DNA of 64,000 nt from Candidatus Bathyarchaeota archaeon. GTDB lineage: Archaea > Thermoproteota > Bathyarchaeia > 40CM-2-53-6. Position numbers and translations under genes: made by a program. The stretch covers positions 320,001 through 384,000 of the forward strand of contig CAVTBR010000001.1 in NCBI GenBank assembly GCA_963733055.1, read 5' to 3'. Below are positions 20,452 to 28,697 of this stretch, in pieces. Within the stretch, counting starts at the first letter, position 1. Each line of letters starts with the position of its first letter. Below the pieces are notes generated by a model. That model was not told the DNA's origin and did no database searches. It saw only the letters and a program-made list of their open reading frames with translations.

Positions 20452-20637
20452 TTGAGTAGGCTAGTCGTTCGACGAGGAAGCGTTAACCAAACCGCTGAAC
20501 TCGAACAGCCAGAGGTCTGCCTACACGGCGTGGTACATGAGATTGGACAAGACTTCGACAAGGAAGGGATGCTCATTCGACTCGTCCGATGCCAGAAATG
20601 CGGCCTGCTAATGCGACAATACCTCCCAACGGTATGA
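20452..20637 (+). CDS. Small putative zinc-binding protein
   Basis: CLH and CQKC motifs. Confidence 0.5.
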   Translation: MSRLVVRRGSVNQTAELEQPEVCLHGVVHEIGQDFDKEGMLIRLVRCQKCGLLMRQYLPTV

Positions 20638-20779
20638 AGCATCAGAATCCGAGAGACCTCGCACAGGGACACACGTTACAGGCGCTCCAACGCGGTATCC
20701 TCCTACTTCCCATACGCTGATTTCCAACGTCCATACGGGCTCAGCGTTCTTATAGGGAACCATAAGCCGCCCACCCTCG

Positions 20780-21061
20780 ATGGAGGGAGTTGCTTTGGCG
20801 CGGCTTCTCGCTTTCATAAACATCTTTGTGGAGCCACATTCCCTGGAGGCTGTGACCAAAGCTCTATCTGAATTCTCCAACGTAGAGGAAGTCTATGAGG
20901 TTACGGGAGAGTTCGACATTGTCTCGCTCGTCTCTACAGCGGATATAGAGGAATTTGGAGATTTCTTGAAGCACAAGGTCTTGAAAATACCAGGCGTAAG
21001 GAGCACTGTGACCTCGATCGTATTTAACGTCGATAAAGGTCCTCAAGAACGCCAGCGCTGA
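20780..21061 (+). CDS. Lrp/AsnC ligand-binding (RAM) domain protein without HTH
   Basis: VYEVTGEFDI, IPGVRSTVTSIV. Confidence 0.85.
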   Translation: MEGVALARLLAFINIFVEPHSLEAVTKALSEFSNVEEVYEVTGEFDIVSLVSTADIEEFGDFLKHKVLKIPGVRSTVTSIVFNVDKGPQERQR

Positions 21062-21213
21062 ACATTCGAAGTAACGACTATCCAATTTGGCAAACAACGA
21101 CCTGTCTTAAATCAGGATGGACGAGCGCCTTTTTGTTGAAATCATCCGGATTGATTGACCAGGATGACGCCGCACTTCCGTTCCTTTCGTAACCTAATAA
21201 TCTCCGAGAATGT

Positions 21214-22431
21214 ATGAACGCAGGAGATGGACCTTTGGATACGTCGGCGAGTTCGAATGCTTTGGCTCGGCGTTCTCTCGGCTTGGTCGCTTGTGCTGCA
21301 ATGCTATTCTCGATGACGGTGCCTCCTTTCGTTGCGTCTGAGACATTGATCGTGAAAATCTATCCATATCTTTCAAGTCTCCCAGTCCTAGCATCCCTGC
21401 CTCTAGCAGCGGCTCTGACTGCCAGTGTCGCTTCCGTTGGGTTCCTGATCCTTTTGACTGGAGCGTTGCTCGGGATTGTGTTCTTTGGGCTCAGACTTGA
21501 CCTCGGGAAGGCCCGTGCCTCGATGGTGTTGTCGGCAGTCGGTTTACTGCTGATTAGCATTAGCCTCTTCAGTTACGGCGGGAGCATCGTGAGCGAGATT
21601 CTCACGATTTCTTGGGTTGGGACATGGCCAGAGTTAGGAGTATTTGGGACGGGATATCTTGTTTCCTGGGTTGCAATCATCGTCGGATTCCTAGTATCAG
21701 ATGTGAGGCGAGGCCGAGCTCGATCCGCTCAATACGTCCGGCCAAGCCCCGTTTCGCAGCCGAAGATGTTGGAAAGCGCCGTCCCGACTGGCTATGTCGC
21801 GCTCGATAACGTCCTGAATGGCGGGCTCCCTGCAGGAACGAGCGTAGTACTGACCAGCCCTTCGTGCGACGAGAAAGACGTGATAATTCATCGTCTTCTC
21901 GATACCGCCCTCATGCATAACCACCCTTGCATCTTCATTTCTAGTTCCCTCGACCACATCCGTGACCTTCTTCCCAAATATCGACGGTTGCTCTTCTTGA
22001 TAGTCTGCAATCCGCAAGCTGACGTGCTCACCGTGGGTCTTCCTGAAGCTGTCAAGCTCAAGACATTGGACAGTTTGACCGAACTAAACCTAGGAATCAG
22101 TAACGCGCTGAGCAAGATGAATGCGTCGTATGGCGCAGTTCTCTGTTTAGAGACTTTGGACGACATTCTTCTTACTCATCATGCTGCAACGAGAAGGTGG
22201 TTGATGGACATACTAACACGAATCAAAGCAGACCGAGTGACCTGCATAGCAACACTCAACCCCGCCATGCATCCGCAGACCGAGACGCAGGGCGTGCTCG
22301 AAACATTCGACGGACAAATCGATCTGTACGAGGCTGAAATACAGGTTCGCCCAAAACTAATCCGAGTCAGGAGACTAGGCGGCCGAAAATTCACTGACAC
22401 TGAATTACGAGTAGACAAAGATAGGATCTAA
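21214..22431 (+). CDS. Membrane-anchored KaiC/RAD55-like protein, degenerate Walker A
   Basis: About four N-terminal TM helices, then VPTGYVALDNVLNGGLP; P-loop reads SPSCDEKD; FDGQIDL. Confidence 0.8.
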   Translation: MNAGDGPLDTSASSNALARRSLGLVACAAMLFSMTVPPFVASETLIVKIYPYLSSLPVLASLPLAAALTASVASVGFLILLTGALLGIVFFGLRLDLGKARASMVLSAVGLLLISISLFSYGGSIVSEILTISWVGTWPELGVFGTGYLVSWVAIIVGFLVSDVRRGRARSAQYVRPSPVSQPKMLESAVPTGYVALDNVLNGGLPAGTSVVLTSPSCDEKDVIIHRLLDTALMHNHPCIFISSSLDHIRDLLPKYRRLLFLIVCNPQADVLTVGLPEAVKLKTLDSLTELNLGISNALSKMNASYGAVLCLETLDDILLTHHAATRRWLMDILTRIKADRVTCIATLNPAMHPQTETQGVLETFDGQIDLYEAEIQVRPKLIRVRRLGGRKFTDTELRVDKDRI

Positions 22432-22456
22432 GGACACTTGGTCACGAGCTGAGTCG

Positions 22457-22507
22457 TCGTCGTTATGGAAAGTGTGTGAGTCTGGTGGTGCGCACACATA
22501 CGAACGG
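22457..22507. repeat. att-like repeat copy A (left arm + TGGTGCG core + right arm)
   Basis: 22457-22492 matches 23202-23237 at 30/36. 22486-22507 matches 23452-23473 at 21/22. Confidence 0.8.
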
Positions 22508-22559
22508 GCTGAGCCACTTGTTACGACTGGGAGCCCTGTACGGCGTGTACGGTGTGTTC

Positions 22560-23066
22560 TCAGCCACCAAGCGTCTTGTAAATGTTGTAGACAAAGGTCA
22601 ATTGCGCGCCAAGTCCAATAATGAAAAGAACAAGGAATGTTGTGAGAAGAGGGGTAACAGGAGCACTTCCCATCACCAGTGCTTCGCTGGTCCCTGAACT
22701 CACAAGCGAGTCGACAACAAAACTCGTGTAAGTGGTTACCACTATGCCGATAGGGAGAGTGATGTTAGTTATCCAAAAATGAACTAATGCAAGTTTGCTG
22801 CTGTGAACCTCTTCCTTCCCGCGCATCCTAGGGACTAGATAGTAGAGGACACCAATTAAGGCAAAGCTTGCCCATCCGAGAACCATGACGTGCACTCTTG
22901 CGGTATCATGGATCGCGCTGGCTAATGTTGTAGAGGGTGATGGCAAGACCGGGGTTGGTCCAAGACCCATCCAGATCGCTCCGACAATGAAGTAGATAAG
23001 CGATATCTGAATGAATCTCACGCCAATCTGAGAGGATACTCCCTTAGCTTCTAAGACCAAGTGCAT
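22560..23066 (-). CDS. Short heme-copper-oxidase subunit I-like membrane protein
   Basis: RVHVMVLGWASFALIGVLYYLVP and VHFW resemble cbb3/NOR subunit I segments; only about 4 TM. Confidence 0.6.
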   Translation of the reverse strand: MHLVLEAKGVSSQIGVRFIQISLIYFIVGAIWMGLGPTPVLPSPSTTLASAIHDTARVHVMVLGWASFALIGVLYYLVPRMRGKEEVHSSKLALVHFWITNITLPIGIVVTTYTSFVVDSLVSSGTSEALVMGSAPVTPLLTTFLVLFIIGLGAQLTFVYNIYKTLGG

Positions 23067-23201
23067 TCACGATCGGAGGATCAAATTGAGACCAGACTCC
23101 TTTGACGTTTTAACATTTTCTGTTAGCGATCTAAGATCCCAACCTCTGGCGACGAATTTCTTTATTCACGCGCTTTCGCCGCCAGTACAATTGAACCATC
23201 A

Positions 23202-23237
23202 TCGTCGTTCGTGAATGTGTATGTGTCTGGTGGTGCG
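23202..23237. repeat. att-like repeat copy B (left arm + core = tRNA-Gly 3' end and trailer)
   Basis: Direct repeat of 22457-22492; the core overlaps the tRNA CGCACCA end. Confidence 0.8.
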
Positions 23238-23392
23238 GCCGCCGGGATTTGAACCCGGGCGTCTTCTCGCCCGTTTTCTGTGCGGGCGATCAGAAGCGTG
23301 GCAGGCTTGCGCCAGCAGATATTCTCTGCTGTTCCCGTCCTAGACCAGGTTGTCCAAACCGAATTGTGGTCGGTCTTCTAGACTACGGCCGC
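23231..23392 (-). tRNA. tRNA-Gly(GCC) with three non-canonical introns
   Basis: Removing 23377-23350, 23332-23307 and 23290-23261 gives a 78-nt cloverleaf with GCC anticodon and encoded CCA. TTTTATA box about 30 nt upstream. Confidence 0.9.
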
Positions 23393-23451
23393 AACCAAGA
23401 AACAAGAGCGTTGCAACCCCGTATAAAACCATAAGCCTAGAAGCCATCTAA

Positions 23452-23473
23452 TGGTGCGCACACATACAAACGG
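23452..23473. repeat. att-like repeat copy C (core + right arm)
   Basis: TGGTGCGCACACATACAAACGG, 21/22 identical to 22486-22507. Confidence 0.8.
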
Positions 23474-23530
23474 CGTGCAAACGAAATCCACAACTACGGC
23501 TTCCTGTGAAGATAATCTAGTGTTCGATCT

Positions 23531-24229
23531 ATGCCGCGGATTCCATTGATCGAGGAATTAACTGCTCAACCGATACCCGCGGGTTCAGTACTACTGGTGG
23601 TCTTTGATCCATCGTCGCAATGGTATAACGCGACAACCACGATTACTGCGGCATGGTTGAAACAGGGAGGAAAAGTTGACTATAGCGCCTACGCCGAGAC
23701 GCCTGAAGCCGTCCGCCTGAAATTGGGGCGCTTAGGGGTTAACGCGGGGCAGCTAGAAGAGGAGGAGAAACTCCAGATCAACGACTGGTACACCGCAACA
23801 CTCGGGGAAAAATCTGAAGAGAAACATTCCTTCTCATCACTCAAGGTCTCCGAGCTAAGCGCATTCTTCTCCCAGCTGGAAATACGACCCGAGCCCGAAC
23901 CGGGGTGGTTGAACATCTCGGATAACACTTCCACCGTGGCGAGATTCAACGACGAAAAGAGTTGGGTAGATTATGTGCTAGCGGGGCCTATTCGAATGGG
24001 ACGCATTCGCGGACACACTATGATACGTGGCCTGATGGATGGCGTTCACAGCGACTGGGCCTACAAGCAACTGGAATCAGCCCATGACGGCATTATTGAC
24101 TTCAAGTTCGACGAATCAAGATCGCCGCCTAGAAATCAAATGAGAATAAGAACGATGCGAAACGTTCGTTTTGATGGAAGCTGGCATCAACTCAAGTTGA
24201 ACGATGACTTCGAAGTTAAGTTAAACTAA
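23531..24229 (+). CDS. Inactive KaiC/RAD55-like protein
   Basis: RecA-fold pattern (GVHSDWAYKQLESAHDGIIDF, MRIRTMR); Walker A replaced by FDPSSQWY. Confidence 0.75.
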   Translation: MPRIPLIEELTAQPIPAGSVLLVVFDPSSQWYNATTTITAAWLKQGGKVDYSAYAETPEAVRLKLGRLGVNAGQLEEEEKLQINDWYTATLGEKSEEKHSFSSLKVSELSAFFSQLEIRPEPEPGWLNISDNTSTVARFNDEKSWVDYVLAGPIRMGRIRGHTMIRGLMDGVHSDWAYKQLESAHDGIIDFKFDESRSPPRNQMRIRTMRNVRFDGSWHQLKLNDDFEVKLN

Positions 24230-24936
24230 CTATCTCGCAACCGCCTACCACGTTCGATCAACCTGAAAGGAATCGCCGAAAGTAAAGCCCCTAAGAATGG
24301 CCCGGCCAAGTAGACGTAGATGTTTGCCCAATGGCCAGATGAAAGCGCGGGCCCAATACTTCTGGCGGGATTGAAGGAAGCGCCTGTCACTTCTCCTACC
24401 GCTAAGATCAGAACGAATAAGGTTCCTCCGACGAACCCCGCTTGTCTGATCGGACGATGAACATACAACGTTGCGATCAAGGCGGCCGAGCACAGGAGAA
24501 ATGTGCCAATCGCTTCGTAAATGACTCCGAGCAAAGGCAGCACGCCCGGTGCCAATTCAGTAGCACCCAGATCAGCGGGAAACACCGTACTATTCAAGAA
24601 GAAAACTCGAAGAGTAAATGCCGCAACAATCGCCCCTAATGCCTGAAAGAATAGGTACGGCAGAATTTGGTCAGTCCGAATTTTCCTCACCAATGCATGC
24701 GCGAGGGTGACTGCTGGGTTAATGTGAGCTCCGGAATGTTTGCCGAGAAGAAAGATGACCAGAGCCACGGTTCCCCCAAAAACTCCGGCAACAAATACTA
24801 TCACAATTGTGCCTCTCAGCGCGGAACTGATCACGATCGACCCAGCGCCAAAAAGTACGAGCAAATAGGTGCCTAGAAATTCCGCGGAACACTCCCGTAT
24901 GCGTACGGACCAAGGAACTGAAACCATTATCTTCAC
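24226..24936 (-). CDS. Aquaporin/MIP channel
   Basis: AEFLGT, SGAHINPAVT, SFNPARSIGP. Confidence 0.95.
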   Translation of the reverse strand: MKIMVSVPWSVRIRECSAEFLGTYLLVLFGAGSIVISSALRGTIVIVFVAGVFGGTVALVIFLLGKHSGAHINPAVTLAHALVRKIRTDQILPYLFFQALGAIVAAFTLRVFFLNSTVFPADLGATELAPGVLPLLGVIYEAIGTFLLCSAALIATLYVHRPIRQAGFVGGTLFVLILAVGEVTGASFNPARSIGPALSSGHWANIYVYLAGPFLGALLSAIPFRLIERGRRLRDS

Positions 24937-24945
24937 TCTTCGGAC

Positions 24946-26070
24946 CTAACTTTGTCGAAACTTCATCGACTGAGTCTGAGCTTGTAGCGGTTGTTTTAGT
25001 TTCGGTATTTGGTTGATCGTTGTTGCAGACTGTTCTTCGCTGAAGAAACGTTTTCTTGCCCAGAGGGACACGTTAACTAAGCCTATGAGTACGGGGACTT
25101 CGAAGAGTGGCCCAATCACTGCGGCGAATGCTTCCCCAGAATTGATGCCGAAAACGCCGACCGCGACTGCAATGGCGAGTTCAAAGTTGTTGCTGGCCGC
25201 AGTGAAGGATAACGTCGCCGTTTCAGGGTAATTGAATTTCCAAGCCTTAGAGATAACGAAGGACATTGTGAACATTATGAGGAAATAACTCACGAGAGGG
25301 ATTGCGATTCTTACGACATCCCATGGTAAGGCTAGGATGTACGCTCCTTTCAGAGAAAACATCACGACGATTGTGAATAGCAACCCGATCAGTGCAGTTG
25401 GGCTCAACTTTTCAACGAAGGCACTGTCGTACCAATCCTTGCCCTTCTTCCGAACCAGCACAAATCTAGTGGTGATACCGGCGATGAATGGGATACCAAG
25501 ATAGATGAAGACGGTTCGGGCGATGTCCCAAACGGAAATTGCGACGATAACCCCTGAACCATGCGCTACCCACGAGGATAGTAGCGTGATGAAAAACCAT
25601 GCATACACGGAGTAAAGTGCGACTTGAAAGAGAGAGTTGAGGGCTACGAGAACGGCAGCATATTCATTGTCGCCTCCCGCGAGCATATTCCACACGAGAA
25701 CCATGGCGATACACCTTGCCAACCCCACGATGATGATACCAATTCGGTATTCGGGCAAGTCTGGTAGGAACAGCCATGCCAGACCGAACATCAAGAAAGG
25801 CCCAACCAACCAGTTCTGGAACAGGGAAACGCCGAACATCTTCCATGCCTTTCCCACCTTCGAGAGCTCATCGTACTTGACGCGAGCTAAGGGGGGGTAC
25901 ATCATCCACAATAAGCCGAATGCGATTGGAAGCGAAATTGTGCCAACGCTCAAAGTTTCGAGAAGTTTCGCTAGCTGCGGAAAAAGACTCCCTGCGCCCA
26001 CTCCGATAGCCATCGCTAAGAAAATCCACACAGTAAGGAATCTGTCCAGAATCGAAAGCCGTTGCGTCAG
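24946..26070 (-). CDS. acr3: Arsenite efflux transporter Acr3
   Basis: [38 protein letters not shown]. Conserved N-terminus implies a CTG start at 26070. Confidence 0.95.
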   Translation of the reverse strand: MTQRLSILDRFLTVWIFLAMAIGVGAGSLFPQLAKLLETLSVGTISLPIAFGLLWMMYPPLARVKYDELSKVGKAWKMFGVSLFQNWLVGPFLMFGLAWLFLPDLPEYRIGIIIVGLARCIAMVLVWNMLAGGDNEYAAVLVALNSLFQVALYSVYAWFFITLLSSWVAHGSGVIVAISVWDIARTVFIYLGIPFIAGITTRFVLVRKKGKDWYDSAFVEKLSPTALIGLLFTIVVMFSLKGAYILALPWDVVRIAIPLVSYFLIMFTMSFVISKAWKFNYPETATLSFTAASNNFELAIAVAVGVFGINSGEAFAAVIGPLFEVPVLIGLVNVSLWARKRFFSEEQSATTINQIPKLKQPLQAQTQSMKFRQS

Positions 26071-26123
26071 CTCGGGCTACCCCCGGTCATCGCTTCGTGC
26101 GGCAGTGTATCGAGTGGAGCGGA

Positions 26124-26855
26124 TTAGCTAGGTTTCGTAGCCTTCCATGCCACACTTTTCACTTGGAGCCCTTTCCAGCTCGCTTCGTTTATGGGGTGTG
26201 ACTCGTCCGACCCTTCGATACCTATGAATCCCGACTTTTCCAGCAGTCCTCTATACTCATTGAATGTGACGGCGCCCGCGATGCACTCTGACCACTCCTC
26301 TAGATTAACCGCCTTTCGACCTTCCTCCTTTGCTACCATATCCGCGACTGAGATTCTTCCGCCTGGTTTGAGGACGCGAAAAATCTCACGAAACGCCGAT
26401 TGCTTGTCCGGAACTAAGTTCAGGACGCAGTTGCTTATCACTAGATCCACCGAACTGCCCTCAATGGGCATGTGCTCGATCTCGCCCAATCGAAACTCAA
26501 CGTTCTTGTAACCATGCTTCGTAGCGGTTTCACGTGCTCTAAAGATCATCTCGGGCGTCGCGTCAAGGCCAATAACTCTTCCCGTCGTCCCGACCAGTTT
26601 CGAAGCACGAAACACGTCAATGCCTCCGCCGCTTCCCAAATCGAGTACGGTCTCGCCTTCGCGTGCCTGCACGTGGGTTAAGGGGCTCCCACAGCTCGCC
26701 ACGACGTTAGCCGCCTCCTCGGGTATGTCCTTTTCAATTGTCGATGAACTGCAACAGGTCCCAACCTGATCTCCGCAACATGATTCATTCAGTACTGCCA
26801 ATTGTCCGTATCTTTTCCTAACGGCATTCTTGATTTGTTCCTCGTTTAGGCTCAT
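26124..26855 (-). CDS. arsM: Arsenite S-adenosylmethionine methyltransferase
   Basis: N-terminal CC pairs, SCGSP, VLDLGSGGGID, ISNCVLNL, WSECIAGA. Confidence 0.93.
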   Translation of the reverse strand: MSLNEEQIKNAVRKRYGQLAVLNESCCGDQVGTCCSSSTIEKDIPEEAANVVASCGSPLTHVQAREGETVLDLGSGGGIDVFRASKLVGTTGRVIGLDATPEMIFRARETATKHGYKNVEFRLGEIEHMPIEGSSVDLVISNCVLNLVPDKQSAFREIFRVLKPGGRISVADMVAKEEGRKAVNLEEWSECIAGAVTFNEYRGLLEKSGFIGIEGSDESHPINEASWKGLQVKSVAWKATKPS

Positions 26856-26885
26856 GCTTCTTCTGCTCCAACAGTACGAAGTAAC

Positions 26886-26905
26886 ATATTTAAGAATGTT
26901 AATAT
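26886..26905. promoter_or_regulatory. Candidate ArsR operator in the divergent arsM/arsR promoter
   Basis: AT-rich imperfect dyad ATATT-N10-AATAT between the divergent starts. Confidence 0.4.
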
Positions 26906-26925
26906 AATCTTTACCTTCGATAATC

Positions 26926-27327
26926 ATGAGTTCCGTAATCGCCCAAGCTCGGGTAAAACGCCTGGTAACCCTAGGCTTGGTAGATTCTACCTGCACCCCA
27001 ACTGAACGCATCAACGAGTTGAAAGCCAGACTCGACCTAGATGATCGCAAATTCCGGGAGAACGAGACATTCTTTTCATCGCTAGGTGACGTGACCAGGT
27101 TGAAGATTCTGAAAGTCATCGGCGAGGAGGAATTATGTTCATGTGAAGTCATGGCTGCACTTGACCTGACACAACCAACTACTTCACACCATCTCGGAAT
27201 ATTGGAACGAGCGGGAGTATTGAGTTCCAGGCGCGAAGGGAAATGGGTATTCTACCGAATAGCCAGCCCAAGAATCAAAGCGTGGCTCACGAAGACCCTC
27301 GATATGATGGAGGCTGTGGTTCAATGA
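26926..27327 (+). CDS. arsR: ArsR/SmtB-family repressor
   Basis: ELCSCEV metal site, TQPTTSHHLGIL, REGKWVFY. Confidence 0.93.
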   Translation: MSSVIAQARVKRLVTLGLVDSTCTPTERINELKARLDLDDRKFRENETFFSSLGDVTRLKILKVIGEEELCSCEVMAALDLTQPTTSHHLGILERAGVLSSRREGKWVFYRIASPRIKAWLTKTLDMMEAVVQ

Positions 27328-27713
27328 AGAAAGTTCTCTTCGTTTGCATCGAAAATGCGGGCAGAAGCCAGATGGCTGAAGGCTTCGCGAGAGCCTACGG
27401 TTTGGATGCTTCTAGCGCAGGAACGGTGCCAGCAGAGAAGGTGAATCCGCTGGTGGCTCAGGCAATGACGGAGAGAGGCGTCTCTATTCCGGGAAAACCG
27501 AAGATTCTAACCGAACAGATGATCACCGACGCTGATCTCGTTGTGACTATGGGATGCTCCGTGGAAGAAGTATGCCCAGCCCCCCTGGTCCGGCAAATGG
27601 AGAAGAAACTTGTCGATTGGCAAATCGAAGATCCGAAAGGAAAAGGAATCGACCAGGTTAGAAAGATCCAGTCACAAATCGAAAGCAAAGTCATGGAACT
27701 ATTGAAGCGCTAA
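27324..27713 (+). CDS. arsC: Arsenate reductase, LMW-PTP type
   Basis: VLFVCIENAGRSQMAEG, TMGC...CP; ATGA overlap with arsR stop. Confidence 0.92.
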   Translation: MKKVLFVCIENAGRSQMAEGFARAYGLDASSAGTVPAEKVNPLVAQAMTERGVSIPGKPKILTEQMITDADLVVTMGCSVEEVCPAPLVRQMEKKLVDWQIEDPKGKGIDQVRKIQSQIESKVMELLKR

Positions 27714-27724
27714 GCGGTTGGTGC

Positions 27725-28492
27725 TTATGCTCCGAATAGTCGCGGGATAATGGCCCCGACGAGATATCCGATTAAGGCGGAGCCGCCTCCGATGAGTAGC
27801 ACTTGAAATCCGCTTCGAAGAAGTGCCGTCCTAACTACACGCCCCTTTACCACGCCCAAAGCAAATAGAGCGAACGCAGTCGTCACTAGCGAGATTGGTA
27901 GCGCGAGAGATAAGGGCCATAGAAGGTATGGCCAGAGGGGTATGAGGGCGGCGCCGGCGTAGGATGAACCTACGACAATTGCGTCTCTAGGTGCCGTGTT
28001 CGTTTCTCCGTGGGGTAGGCCTAATTCCTTCTCTATCATTGTCTTGGTTAGTGAAGTAGTTGAACGAGAAATAATTTCGCTAGCCAATTTCGCGTCCTCG
28101 GTGCTGAGATCCTCCTCCTTCAGCATCATTTCAAGTTCCAGACGTTCGACATCTGGGTGCTCCCTGATTTGCGATGTTTCATCCTCAATCTCTGCTTGGA
28201 ACAATTGGTTCTCGGCCTGACTAGCCAAGAAGCTGGCAGTACCCATCGCTAGCGCGCCAGCCGCGGCCTCTGCTAGGCCACCGACTATAACGGTGACCGG
28301 GGCAAAGGCTGCAGCCGCTAAACCCGTAACAACCGCTAATGGCACAAGCAAGCCGTCTTGGAATCCGAGGACAAGTTCCCGCACTCGGGAGAGGCGCAAG
28401 ATCCTTCCCTTTTCGCTGAGGGCCCTAATGCGCAATTCCTCTCCTGAGGTGGGGTGCGGAGGTCGTTTGGTTCTGGACTTGACTTTCCCCAT
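27725..28492 (-). CDS. VIT1/CCC1-family Fe/Mn transporter
   Basis: VLGFQDGL, GALAMG, Glu-rich cytoplasmic loop. Confidence 0.9.
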   Translation of the reverse strand: MGKVKSRTKRPPHPTSGEELRIRALSEKGRILRLSRVRELVLGFQDGLLVPLAVVTGLAAAAFAPVTVIVGGLAEAAAGALAMGTASFLASQAENQLFQAEIEDETSQIREHPDVERLELEMMLKEEDLSTEDAKLASEIISRSTTSLTKTMIEKELGLPHGETNTAPRDAIVVGSSYAGAALIPLWPYLLWPLSLALPISLVTTAFALFALGVVKGRVVRTALLRSGFQVLLIGGGSALIGYLVGAIIPRLFGA

Positions 28493-28697
28493 GTTGGCTT
28501 CAAGACGTTAGAGTGGTAACGGTTGCCTTATTTCGCTTTCAATCTGCTTGCGTTTTGGATCAGCGTCAACCAATTGGAACTCTACTCCCACGCCTGCTAT
28601 ACCCTGGAGACATCATTTAGAATACCAATTAAGAAAACGGCGTACACGGAAGTACGTTTCTCGGTAGCCTGATCCAGTAGTGCAAGGATTTGCGTGG

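Noticed and set aside
22457-23473. Repeats as a CRISPR array
   Set aside because: Only partial copies, spacing of hundreds of bp, no cas genes
26856-27152. Long N-terminal extension of ArsM in the ORF track
   Set aside because: Overlaps arsR antisense; ArsM similarity begins at ATG 26855
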